In this document: positions 20,201 through 29,361 of the stretch, piece by piece | Numbering within the stretch: position 1 is the first letter of the stretch | Layout: every line of letters begins with the position of its first letter | Translations under genes and position numbers: made by a program | Notes under the pieces: generated by a model | What the model was told of the DNA's origin: nothing | The model's database searches: none | Seen by the model: the letters and a program-made list of their open reading frames with translations, nothing else | Virus record (IMG/VR): IMGVR_UViG_3300031569_000004 | Location: 1 to 60,900 of that record | From: a virus | Taxonomy: Duplodnaviria > Caudoviricetes | Reading direction: 5' to 3' (one strand) | DNA length: 60,900 bases

Positions 20201-20778
20201 TAGTATTCTACCCAACCAGTTAATAAATATTTTTCTCCACTTAGTGGTGGATTACCTCTATGTGTGTGAGTATATCCCGCAGGCCAAACTGCAAGTGTAC
20301 CTTGAACTGCTGGAACTCTTTTTTGTTGATACAACCATTCTGTTTCACCACCTTCTTCAATAGTGTTAAGATACAATCCCCACGCAGCTACTCTACCAGC
20401 TCTTTCTTTGTTATCAGCTTCAAAATGCCAAGTGTGATATCCTTCTCCTGGTAGTGTTTTTTGAATTTTCATATAATACACTCTAGTCGGTGAACAATCT
20501 GTTAACACACTATAATGGGCTGTATATTGTTTCCAACAATCTATAAATCTTTCTAGAAATGTATACACAGCAGGGTTATCAGTTGACAGATTTAATGCCG
20601 GTTGTTCTAAAAGAAACACTGCATTATCTGCTTTGTTGTGTGCAGAATTATCACCTATGGACTGGCGAGAATGCGCCATGCCCAATTTTTGTAATTGTTC
20701 ATAATACTCAATTAATTGAGCACATTCTTCAGGTCTTAGGACCTCTTGCCAAGTGGCGATGTCTTTATCTATGATCAT
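20200..20778 (-). CDS. 2OG-Fe(II) oxygenase, prolyl-4-hydroxylase-like
   Basis: GYHTWHFE, YLNTIEEGGETEW, WPAGYTHTHRGNPP..KYLLTGW; start moved to ATG 20778, 5 nt after a TAAATA box. Confidence 0.88.
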   Translation of the reverse strand: MIIDKDIATWQEVLRPEECAQLIEYYEQLQKLGMAHSRQSIGDNSAHNKADNAVFLLEQPALNLSTDNPAVYTFLERFIDCWKQYTAHYSVLTDCSPTRVYYMKIQKTLPGEGYHTWHFEADNKERAGRVAAWGLYLNTIEEGGETEWLYQQKRVPAVQGTLAVWPAGYTHTHRGNPPLSGEKYLLTGWVEY

Positions 20779-20783
20779 ACGTA

Positions 20784-20833
20784 TATTTATGGTTAGAAAG
20801 TTTAACAGCCTATTAGTCTGATTCAGATAAATA
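20784..20833. promoter_or_regulatory. Divergent pair of putative late promoters
   Basis: TAAATA on minus (20784-20789) and plus (20828-20833). Confidence 0.65.
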
Positions 20834-20863
20834 CTTTGTAATAACAGTGGAAGAATTGAAAAT

Positions 20864-22426
20864 ATGGCTAATATACCTATCATTAATAATCTTAGAGTAG
20901 TACCAAGAGATGCAGAGTTTCTTGACCGAAAGACTGGTGCCAGGGGTGAGATCTTTTACGATAAAGATAATAACACCATAAGACTATTTGACTCAGAGAT
21001 TGTAGGTGGATTACCACTAGCAAGAGGCGATTTAACTAATATTACTAACTCTGTATTTGCTGCAAAAGCAACAGCAGCAGGAGTTGGCGGTGGCGGTGGC
21101 GGCAGTATTGAAGTAAGTCTAACAGCACCTAGTACACCAACAGAAGGCACAATCTGGTTTAATAGCAATAATGGACTACTGTATGTTTATATCAATGATG
21201 GCGATAGCAATCAATGGGTACAACCTGTATTAGGTTATCCTGCAATTCCTTCAACCCTACAAGATTTAACAAACGTAACTATTACAACACCAAGTACTAA
21301 TCAGGTATTAAAATACAATGGCGCAGCTTGGGTAAATGCCGCAGATGCAGGCGGAATTGCATTAACAGATTTAAGTGTATCCACAGCGGCTGCCGGAACA
21401 TCAGCATTTGCATACAACAATGGCACAGGTGTATTTACATTTACTCCACCAGATTTATCAGGTTATTTAACAAGTATACCAGCACAATCATTCACAAGTT
21501 TGACAGGCAAGCCTACTACAATATCAGGTTATGGTATTACAGATGCTGCAACATCAGCACAAGGTACTAAAGCAGATAGTGCATTACAAAATTTAACAGC
21601 AACATCAATTACAACACTATCTGATGTTGCATCAAGTTCACCGAGTCCTAACCAAGTACTTAAATGGGACGGATCACAATGGTCACCTGCCGCAGACGCT
21701 GTTGGTAGCGGATCAGCTGCCGCAACTATTAGCGGAGCAACTCAAGCAAATCCGGTAGTAGTTACATCAGCTTCTGCACACGGTTTCTATGAAGGACAGC
21801 CAGTAACTATTACTGGTGTTGTTGGCATGACGCAGCTTAATGGTAACGAATACTACGTAAACATTGCAACTTCAACATCGTTTGCTTTATACTCTGATAG
21901 TGCGTTATCAACAACTGTAAACGGTACAGGCTTTGGTGCATGGTCATCAGGTGGTACAGCAACAGGCGGAGCAGTTGCAGCTGAAGTAGGTAACTTTGTA
22001 TTCACAGGTTCAAACATTGACACAGGTGATAGTTCATCTATAAGTGTTACTCCACTTGTTACAATGCAAAGTGATTTAACTGTTGAAAACGATTTAACTG
22101 TAAACAATTTGCTTACAGCAGCACAGTTTTCAGTAACAGACTTTACAACAACTAATCATACAACACAGAATTTAACAGTAAATGATACATTATCAGTAAA
22201 AACTATCGCACAGACCGATACTGGCACACCTCAGATTACAAGTAGTTCAACACTAGTTTTAGATACACAAGACGGTGTAAGAGTTACCGGTGCTCCATTT
22301 AGACTGCCTAGCTTTACAACAACACAGAAAAATGCACTAACACCTGCAAACGGTGATATGGTATATGACACTACGTTGAACAAAGCACAGGTATACGAAA
22401 ATGGTGCTTGGGCGAGCTTGGTATAG
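20864..22426 (+). CDS. Tail fibre / virion structural protein
   Basis: TAPSTPTEGTIWFNS, LQDLTNV..NQVLKYNGAAW repeats, ATQANPVVVTSASAHG (E1-FCCH-like) module. Confidence 0.75.
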   Translation: MANIPIINNLRVVPRDAEFLDRKTGARGEIFYDKDNNTIRLFDSEIVGGLPLARGDLTNITNSVFAAKATAAGVGGGGGGSIEVSLTAPSTPTEGTIWFNSNNGLLYVYINDGDSNQWVQPVLGYPAIPSTLQDLTNVTITTPSTNQVLKYNGAAWVNAADAGGIALTDLSVSTAAAGTSAFAYNNGTGVFTFTPPDLSGYLTSIPAQSFTSLTGKPTTISGYGITDAATSAQGTKADSALQNLTATSITTLSDVASSSPSPNQVLKWDGSQWSPAADAVGSGSAAATISGATQANPVVVTSASAHGFYEGQPVTITGVVGMTQLNGNEYYVNIATSTSFALYSDSALSTTVNGTGFGAWSSGGTATGGAVAAEVGNFVFTGSNIDTGDSSSISVTPLVTMQSDLTVENDLTVNNLLTAAQFSVTDFTTTNHTTQNLTVNDTLSVKTIAQTDTGTPQITSSSTLVLDTQDGVRVTGAPFRLPSFTTTQKNALTPANGDMVYDTTLNKAQVYENGAWASLV

Positions 22427-22435
22427 GTATAAAGC

Positions 22436-24964
22436 ATGGCTGACAGAGAATATATTGTTACAGTAAACCCCGGAGTTGATCTTGCTGCACTTGATGCAGA
22501 GATGGTTTCAGCACTAGGTTCAGATACAATTCCAACAAGAAAAGTTACAATTGCAAATCCTCGTGAAGCTTCTAGAGTATCAACTCACTTCATGTTATCA
22601 GACGCAGAAGCAGAAAATTTAAGAAACGATGCTAGAGTTTTAGCTGTTGAAATTCCTGTTGAAGAACGTGACGATGTTCAAATAAGTTTGCGAGCTTCAC
22701 AAGCAGGAACATTTTTTAGAGGTTCTGGTAGTGGTGGTAATATTGACAATTGGGGATTACAGCGTTGTATAAGTGAAACAGAAAATTATGGTAACGGTGC
22801 CACTCCCGGCGAACAAACAATTACACAAATAGTAAACCCTTACACCTATCCGTTAGATGGCCAAGGAGTTGACGTTGTAATACAAGATAGCGGAATTGAA
22901 GGTGGCCACCCTGAATGGGAAACATTAAATTTTGTAGCACCAGATCATTATGCCGCAGGTCCGTTAGTTACAGATAGTACTAATGGCGCTGTGTTTGATA
23001 GAAGTATTAATGTACACGGACTTAAAATTGTAGTTGCAGGAGCAGTAGGCGGAGCAACAACTGTACATAGCGAGTTTGCAAAAAAAGTTGCAAGAACAGT
23101 TGAGCTATTACTAACTCCACGTAAAACAACAAACACCGAAAAACAAAAAAAACTTATTGAAAACCTAAGAGGCGATACAGGTACGTGGCATGCAGGAACT
23201 CCAGCAGCACAACGAGTTGGGTTCGGCGGTGGTGCTAGTTACTCACCTAATTGGTTAACTGACGGTGGCATTGGTAGTTATAGCGGTTATCAAGGGTTTC
23301 TAGATAGCCATGCTGTTAACGATATGGTTTGGTATTTAAATTCAAGTGGCACGCCGGGTACTGGCAACAACGATATATCAGAAGTAATAGAACATGTGTT
23401 TCATACAATACATCAGTATGGGCTCGAAGCTAGAGAATTAAAAATGTATCCAGACTATGATGCAGACTGGGCAACAGGACCAATGTTCCTTGCAATGAAA
23501 GAAGCAGAAGATAACAGTATATGGGATGCAAGTGGTTATGCACCTAACTGGAAAACAGATGCCGATACATTTCCTGTAGCAGTAAAAGAATACTTATATC
23601 TACTAAACTTTGCAATGTTTGAATATACAAGTTTATGGGACGGTGGCAGTCTAGCTCCTGAATGGGCTGACTCTGCACGTACTCCAGCAGGCGTACAAGC
23701 TAATAACCCGTTAGGTTATGGATTGTTTAACACACATATTAAAGATGTAATTGAAAAAATTGACATTGATGTTTTACAAAGTATTTTCCCAGACGGCGAT
23801 ACAGGAAATCCATTTGTAGCAGGATCGTCAGGATATGTTTCAAATACATCAAGTTCAAGACTACAGCAGATTGACTGGTACAAAGAAAGTACTGTATCAG
23901 GAACACAGGATACAATTTTTTATACAGACTTGCACGGACACGGTACACATGTTACAGGAACAGTAGCAGGTAAAACCTTTGGTTGGGCAAAAGGTGCAAG
24001 AATATATGCACAGAAGTTAGGAGCGTTGGAAGGCTCAACAGATCCTAATAATGGTATTAGTATTACAAATTCATTTGATTGTATTAGACTATGGCACAGC
24101 AAAAAACCCATTGATCCAATTACAAAAGTTAAAAGACCAACCATTGTTAACATGAGTTGGGGATACGGAACTAATATTCCTAATACAGAAACTCCAGCAT
24201 CTGGAAACTACCGAGGAGCAGCATGGACTTACGGTGTTGACTACGCTAATGCTAACCAGGTATGGGCAAACGTAGGTGTTGTACCTTTTGTAGGAACAAG
24301 ATGGAAAATTCCTGTCCAAGTAGCATACGTTGATGCTGAAGTTGCAGATATGGTTGCAGATGGTATACATATTTGTATTGCAGCAGGTAATGATTATTAT
24401 AAAGTTGATGTTCTTGGCGGAGACGATTACAATAATACTGTTACATTTACTGGATACGGAACATACAATTATCATAGACCCCCATCGCCATATGCAACTG
24501 GGGTATTTAATGTTGGAAATATCGATAGCAGAATTTTAAACAATTTAGATGTAACTAAGCCAGACAGCATGAAAGGCCCTGCTGTAACTATATGGGCACC
24601 CGGAACAAATATTATTAGTGCATGTTCAAACGTATCAGAAATTGGCGGACCATCAGTATATAAATTAAACAGCAGTTGGGGACAACAATCTATTAGTGGT
24701 ACAAGTATGGCAAGTCCGCAAGTATGTGGTGTAGGAGCATTAAACTTACAAGTAGATCCTACATTAACACCTGCACAACTTAAACAAAAGTTAGAAGGAA
24801 ACGCACCTGCAGTAATGTTTACAACAAGCTCAAGCACTGATTACAATCAATATACCACTAGTATTATGGGATCAGCAGGTAAAATTTTATACAACAAATA
24901 CAACTCAAGTCAACCATTTGCAACAAGCGGTGGCGTTACTATAACTAATTTGCGTATAGTATAA
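22436..24964 (+). CDS. S8 subtilisin-like serine protease with large inserted domain
   Basis: Triad motifs VDVVIQDSG, HGTHVTGTVAG, GTSMASPQV; AAGN oxyanion motif; N-terminal propeptide-like region. Confidence 0.9.
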   Translation: MADREYIVTVNPGVDLAALDAEMVSALGSDTIPTRKVTIANPREASRVSTHFMLSDAEAENLRNDARVLAVEIPVEERDDVQISLRASQAGTFFRGSGSGGNIDNWGLQRCISETENYGNGATPGEQTITQIVNPYTYPLDGQGVDVVIQDSGIEGGHPEWETLNFVAPDHYAAGPLVTDSTNGAVFDRSINVHGLKIVVAGAVGGATTVHSEFAKKVARTVELLLTPRKTTNTEKQKKLIENLRGDTGTWHAGTPAAQRVGFGGGASYSPNWLTDGGIGSYSGYQGFLDSHAVNDMVWYLNSSGTPGTGNNDISEVIEHVFHTIHQYGLEARELKMYPDYDADWATGPMFLAMKEAEDNSIWDASGYAPNWKTDADTFPVAVKEYLYLLNFAMFEYTSLWDGGSLAPEWADSARTPAGVQANNPLGYGLFNTHIKDVIEKIDIDVLQSIFPDGDTGNPFVAGSSGYVSNTSSSRLQQIDWYKESTVSGTQDTIFYTDLHGHGTHVTGTVAGKTFGWAKGARIYAQKLGALEGSTDPNNGISITNSFDCIRLWHSKKPIDPITKVKRPTIVNMSWGYGTNIPNTETPASGNYRGAAWTYGVDYANANQVWANVGVVPFVGTRWKIPVQVAYVDAEVADMVADGIHICIAAGNDYYKVDVLGGDDYNNTVTFTGYGTYNYHRPPSPYATGVFNVGNIDSRILNNLDVTKPDSMKGPAVTIWAPGTNIISACSNVSEIGGPSVYKLNSSWGQQSISGTSMASPQVCGVGALNLQVDPTLTPAQLKQKLEGNAPAVMFTTSSSTDYNQYTTSIMGSAGKILYNKYNSSQPFATSGGVTITNLRIV

Positions 24965-24967
24965 ATA
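24960..24967 (+). promoter_or_regulatory. T4-type late promoter
   Basis: Exact TATAAATA upstream of GAGGA RBS. Confidence 0.7.
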
Positions 24968-24986
24968 CAGTAGAGGAACAAATATT

Positions 24987-25805
24987 ATGGCATTAGCATT
25001 TCCAAACAGTCCTTCAGTAGGAGCTCAGTATTCAAGCGGTGGCGTTACATGGCAATGGGACGGTACGACTTGGAACATCGTTATCTCTGGTGGCGGAGGC
25101 GGTGCTTCGAGCATGTCGTTTGCTACTATATCAGTTGCAGGACAAGACAATGTTTTAGCAGATAGTACATCAGATACACTAACCTTAGTTGCTGCTTCTG
25201 GTATGACTATTACTACAGATGCTGCAACAGACACAGTTACTTTTGCATCATCGGGTGGAGGAGGCGGAGGAATATCATTAACAGATTTAAGTGTAACAAC
25301 TGCGTCTGCTTCAGGAGCTGGTAGTTTAGCTTATAATGATGGCACAGGTGTATTTACATTTACTCCTGCTGCAAGTGTAGCATCTACATTTGCATCACTA
25401 TCAGATGTAGCTAGTTCAGGAACAACAATAGCTGATGTGTATTTGCCTGCAATTACTAAATTAGTGGTTACTAATATAGGTACATCGGCATACTTGTTTG
25501 ATCAATATGCTGATAATAACGCTACAATATATGCTATAAGCGGAACAACTATTGCATTTAGAATTACCTCAGGCGCCAGTCATCCTTTCCAAATTCAAAA
25601 CGCAATTGGTACAGCATATAATACTGGACTAGTACACGTATCAGATAGTGGCACTGTTACAACAGGTGCTGCTGCTAACGGAGCAACTAGCGGAGTGTTG
25701 TATTGGAAAGTTCCATCTAGTTTATCAGGCGGGTATAGATATCAGTGTACTAATCATGCTGCTATGGTAGGATCGATTTTTATTAAATCTATAGCAGCTA
25801 TTTAA
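24987..25805 (+). CDS. Virion structural protein with C-terminal cupredoxin-like module
   Basis: FPNSPSVG..WQWDGTTW N-terminus; SHPF and YQCTNHAAMVG (H..CxxHxxM). Confidence 0.65.
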   Translation: MALAFPNSPSVGAQYSSGGVTWQWDGTTWNIVISGGGGGASSMSFATISVAGQDNVLADSTSDTLTLVAASGMTITTDAATDTVTFASSGGGGGGISLTDLSVTTASASGAGSLAYNDGTGVFTFTPAASVASTFASLSDVASSGTTIADVYLPAITKLVVTNIGTSAYLFDQYADNNATIYAISGTTIAFRITSGASHPFQIQNAIGTAYNTGLVHVSDSGTVTTGAAANGATSGVLYWKVPSSLSGGYRYQCTNHAAMVGSIFIKSIAAI

Positions 25806-26065
25806 ACTCTAAGTTCTTTAAGTTTCTTATCAAGTGTTTTTCTAATAACAGCAATGTCTTGCCTAGCTTCAGGTGCTCTGTCAGCACTAGTGGCTTCAAA
25901 CGCTAATTGACTATGAAGCTCATCTACTTTTTTAACTGTAGTAATTAACTTCTGTAATAAATTATTGCACGAAACAGCAGCTTCGGTATTAGATATTTGG
26001 TCAATTCTTTCTTGAAATTTTTGTACTTCATTTAGAAAGACCGGTGCTTCAGATAATGTTAGCAT
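25802..26065 (-). CDS. Hypothetical helical protein
   Basis: Overlaps upstream gene; converges on structural operon. Confidence 0.55.
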   Translation of the reverse strand: MLTLSEAPVFLNEVQKFQERIDQISNTEAAVSCNNLLQKLITTVKKVDELHSQLAFEATSADRAPEARQDIAVIRKTLDKKLKELRV

Positions 26066-26438
26066 CTTTGTTTAACTCCAAAATAGTTTCTATCTTTGTT
26101 CTAATTAGACTATTATTTAATGTATTCCGTAACCCGGTATGTAGGTTCTTGGGTAGGTAATTTAAATCACTCCAGCAAAACGTAGCAGTATTGATTGTTA
26201 AAAATTCGTGATCAACTAAACACATATATGTTCCGTATTCAAACCCTTTGTCTTGGCTAAGATATAACTCAATAGGTACAATCTTACCTTTAGCAAACTT
26301 ACCTTGTAACTCTGTACTATCGTCAATTACTGAAGTTTTCTTTGCAAAGGTTGGTACGGTCCACTTCTCGTTTTCTAATATAAGAAGTATACGTTGGGTG
26401 TCTAATGAAAGATATAATAAGCCTGCTCGTTTCTGCAT
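26049..26438 (-). CDS. Nudix-fold-like protein without a Nudix box
   Basis: RAGLLYL..RILLIL..W, IVPIELY..FEYGTY..W...LPKNLHTGL; no GX5EX7REUXEE; TAAGTA-N5-ATG. Confidence 0.45.
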   Translation of the reverse strand: MQKRAGLLYLSLDTQRILLILENEKWTVPTFAKKTSVIDDSTELQGKFAKGKIVPIELYLSQDKGFEYGTYMCLVDHEFLTINTATFCWSDLNYLPKNLHTGLRNTLNNSLIRTKIETILELNKDANII

Positions 26439-26446
26439 AACGATAC

Positions 26447-27937
26447 TTAGCTAGGGTTGGGGTCTATTCTCCAGAATCCTGATGAATATTCTCCCTCGAA
26501 AGATTTTAACCATTCAGTTCCTGTCCACTTGTATTGAATACCTGTTTTTAAATTTTGGAAGTATGTTGGAGCAACAAGTGTGTTTGGATCTTTTAGTGTA
26601 ATCCAATCTGTACCATTCCACTCAATAATAGAGTTTGCTACAATAATAGGATCATTACCAGTTGTGCCTTTCCATGCATCAGCTCCGTCATACGCTTCGT
26701 TGTACGGAGTTTCACGATAACTTTGTCCAACATTTTCACTATCGTTAACGTCATCTAGAACAAGGTATCTTGTACCTAACGGAATAGCACTATGACTTCC
26801 CCAGGTTGTAATTGGATTAAACTTATATGGATCAATAATTGCATCAACTGTAGATTTTGCAGCAACGCCGTTAACTGTAGATGCGATGCTTGTATTAGTT
26901 GGAATTGTATCTTGATCAAATGTTACAAGTAGTACTTTTGGATTTGACGGATTAATAGCAAATGAACCAACCATTTCAAATCCGGTGGGCTGCATAAAGT
27001 ATATTCGAGATCCAGCTTTGTATCCGCCTAGTTTATCTATAACAGCAGTCCAATCAATTTCGGTAGTTTTACTTTTTATTTCTTTTTGTAATCCTAACGA
27101 ATTAACAGCTTCATCATTATCTATAATAGTTAACTCGTAATCGTATGCTTGATTATTATTTGCTTTAAACAATAATACTCCATAACGTGCATTAGCGTAT
27201 ATTGATGCTTGTGCTGATGATGCATCATAAATTAAATCACTTAAATTTGTTACATCGCCGGATTCTGTAAAGATGTTTGCAATAACACTTCTTACAATAC
27301 CAAGTTTTTTAACTTTAGTAGGAGGAGAAATATAAATTGGCATTGTAAAATCTAGTGAGCAAATATCAACATCACTATCAACACCAACAGGAATAGCACG
27401 TGAACTAAAATTAGTAGATACTAAATCAACTACACTTAAACTTGTCCAATCAATGTAGTTGTCTGTAGCTTGAATAGCTAATGACGGATTAAATAATACT
27501 AACATTTGTTCTAACAGTTGTAATTTTTGATCTGTATTTGAAGTCCAAATATCTGCTTTCATGTTTAACATAAATGGAGTTGGTAAAAGTCTTTCTACAG
27601 TATAGGCATTACCTTGCGCTCCTGTATACTGAGCTACGTTATTTTCATCAAAAGAAAAATCTCTTTCTCTAACACTTAGTTTACTAACAAATGTTGGATC
27701 AGATAATCTAGTCTTGTCCATTTCCATGCCTGTAATGTAACAAGCTATTCTTGGAACTGTTGGCAATTTGTTTTCAGAGTTTTCTCTAATTAATGCTGCA
27801 ACTTGTCTTGAAAGGTCTCCGTACATAACTGGCACTGTTTGCTCAGACTTATCGCCTGCTTGATATTTAAAACCAATAAAGATTCTCATAAACTGAGTTA
27901 CGTATCTTCTTATTTGGCCGTCATAAAAGAAATCCAT
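26447..27937 (-). CDS. Tail completion / sheath stabiliser (T4 gp15-like) with C-terminal extension
   Basis: FFYDGQIRRYVTQF, VPVMYG, LPTVPRIA, QLLEQMLVLFNP. Confidence 0.75.
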   Translation of the reverse strand: MDFFYDGQIRRYVTQFMRIFIGFKYQAGDKSEQTVPVMYGDLSRQVAALIRENSENKLPTVPRIACYITGMEMDKTRLSDPTFVSKLSVRERDFSFDENNVAQYTGAQGNAYTVERLLPTPFMLNMKADIWTSNTDQKLQLLEQMLVLFNPSLAIQATDNYIDWTSLSVVDLVSTNFSSRAIPVGVDSDVDICSLDFTMPIYISPPTKVKKLGIVRSVIANIFTESGDVTNLSDLIYDASSAQASIYANARYGVLLFKANNNQAYDYELTIIDNDEAVNSLGLQKEIKSKTTEIDWTAVIDKLGGYKAGSRIYFMQPTGFEMVGSFAINPSNPKVLLVTFDQDTIPTNTSIASTVNGVAAKSTVDAIIDPYKFNPITTWGSHSAIPLGTRYLVLDDVNDSENVGQSYRETPYNEAYDGADAWKGTTGNDPIIVANSIIEWNGTDWITLKDPNTLVAPTYFQNLKTGIQYKWTGTEWLKSFEGEYSSGFWRIDPNPS

Positions 27938-29316
27938 TATTCGTCTGCCTCAGGTCTAAGAGCTTTACTCAAGCTCTGTTTTTCTGCTACTTGTTTTCCG
28001 CCAATGCTATTAACTGTAGTATTGTTGATAAACGAATCCTTGCCTTTGTTAGTTGCAGCATCCTTACCAGCAAAGTCAGCACCAACAGCTACATCGCTTG
28101 GCCCTAAATTACTCATTGTTGTTCTTACATCATCCTCAGTTTTTCTCCAACGTACTCCGTCGAATCTAAACAAACGTGTAGGTTTGTAATCTGTACGTAA
28201 GTGGAATTGTCCTTCCATAGGATTTAGAGGAAATGCAATACCTTGTGTAAACGGCGCACCGTTTTCAGGTAATCCATCGCCAATAATATAACCCGGATAC
28301 GCATTACCATCTGGTGTTTGGTATACTGTATCAGCGGTTATTGCCATGTAAATTTCGTTGCCTTGATCATCTAATAGTGTATTACCAGCAGTATCAGTAG
28401 ACGGAATTAATAAGTCATTGCTATCAGCTGTGACTAATTCTGTATTTCCTTTAATGTCTTGCTGCATGGTATAGAACTTAGTAGTGTCATAGCCTGATTG
28501 CGGAACATCAGCTTCTGCTTGATTAAGAACTGCTTGAGTAATCTGCATTTCTTTTTCATACGTACTCATAATATCTTTGAGTGTATCTGCAAGTTTGTAA
28601 TGTGTTTCATTTGGTGGTTGAATGTTTGTACATTCTGCAAGTACTGTATACTTTTCACCGTTTGGTGCAATAACAATATCACCTGGAAAGTAAGTTGACT
28701 CTGCGTTCCACGTACCTTTTAAACTTTCAACATCTGCAATACCATCGAGTATTTGTTTAAACTCTTGTGAGTCAACAAGTGGTTTACATTTTGCACGATA
28801 TAAGTGTGGATACCATGTATTTGAAAATCCTTCAGCTGCTCTGTTTACATCTTCAACAACGTAAAAACGTTTTAGAGCGTAGTTAAGATCGTTAAGAGCA
28901 TGTTCGTCATCTAAATGAGGAAGCTCAATAACATCTCCTGATAATAATTTTCTTCCTAGTTTCTCAACAGTATCGTTAATATGAAATGTTACAAACACTG
29001 TATCGTTTTGTAAAAATAAACCAAATTGGCTTAAATTAAAATCAATATCTTGTACATTGTATACACCACGCAATCTATAAATGTCTGGATCGTATTTTCG
29101 ATCTCTGTTTTCTAAGAACAGCATGTCCTGAATATTTGTAGGATCATCTTGACTGTATACTGGTGTAGACGGTGTGTTTTCCTGTGAGGTACCCGGTCCT
29201 ATGTACTTGTGTAGAAGCACGTCGGTTCCACCCACTTGGAACATCTCCCAAACGGTTCTATCTTGAAATTTGTAATCGTTGCCCTTTTCGGGTCTATATA
29301 AACTAAGTCTTGGCAT
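27937..29316 (-). CDS. Neck/head-closure protein (T4 gp14-like)
   Basis: FNLSQFGLFL..GDVIELPHL..FYVVEDV; adjacent to gp13- and gp15-like genes. Confidence 0.6.
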   Translation of the reverse strand: MPRLSLYRPEKGNDYKFQDRTVWEMFQVGGTDVLLHKYIGPGTSQENTPSTPVYSQDDPTNIQDMLFLENRDRKYDPDIYRLRGVYNVQDIDFNLSQFGLFLQNDTVFVTFHINDTVEKLGRKLLSGDVIELPHLDDEHALNDLNYALKRFYVVEDVNRAAEGFSNTWYPHLYRAKCKPLVDSQEFKQILDGIADVESLKGTWNAESTYFPGDIVIAPNGEKYTVLAECTNIQPPNETHYKLADTLKDIMSTYEKEMQITQAVLNQAEADVPQSGYDTTKFYTMQQDIKGNTELVTADSNDLLIPSTDTAGNTLLDDQGNEIYMAITADTVYQTPDGNAYPGYIIGDGLPENGAPFTQGIAFPLNPMEGQFHLRTDYKPTRLFRFDGVRWRKTEDDVRTTMSNLGPSDVAVGADFAGKDAATNKGKDSFINNTTVNSIGGKQVAEKQSLSKALRPEADE

Positions 29317-29324
29317 GGTATAAC

Positions 29325-29356
29325 TATTTACCTAATCTATCTCCAACGGATAAATA
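29325..29356. promoter_or_regulatory. Divergent pair of putative late promoters
   Basis: TAAATA minus 29325-29330 and plus 29351-29356 within a 45 bp intergenic region. Confidence 0.7.
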
Positions 29357-29361
29357 CTTAT

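Noticed and set aside
5975-20778. Bacterial secondary-metabolite cluster or host contamination
   Set aside because: Flanked seamlessly by phage structural genes, uses phage late boxes, and lacks scaffold synthases, regulators and transporters
5975-20778. Oxygenase island as a replacement PQQ pathway for the phage PqqA
   Set aside because: No radical SAM (PqqE), PqqD, PqqB or PqqC-like genes seen, and the island is ~24 kb from pqqA
20779-20883. ORF-track N-terminal extensions (also 39797-39823, 41410-41424, 55554-55568)
   Set aside because: They run through promoter or terminator sequence; downstream ATGs fit the promoter geometry
22921-23850. Intein in the S8 protease
   Set aside because: No N-terminal Cys/Ser block, no His-Asn/nucleophile junction, no LAGLIDADG motif
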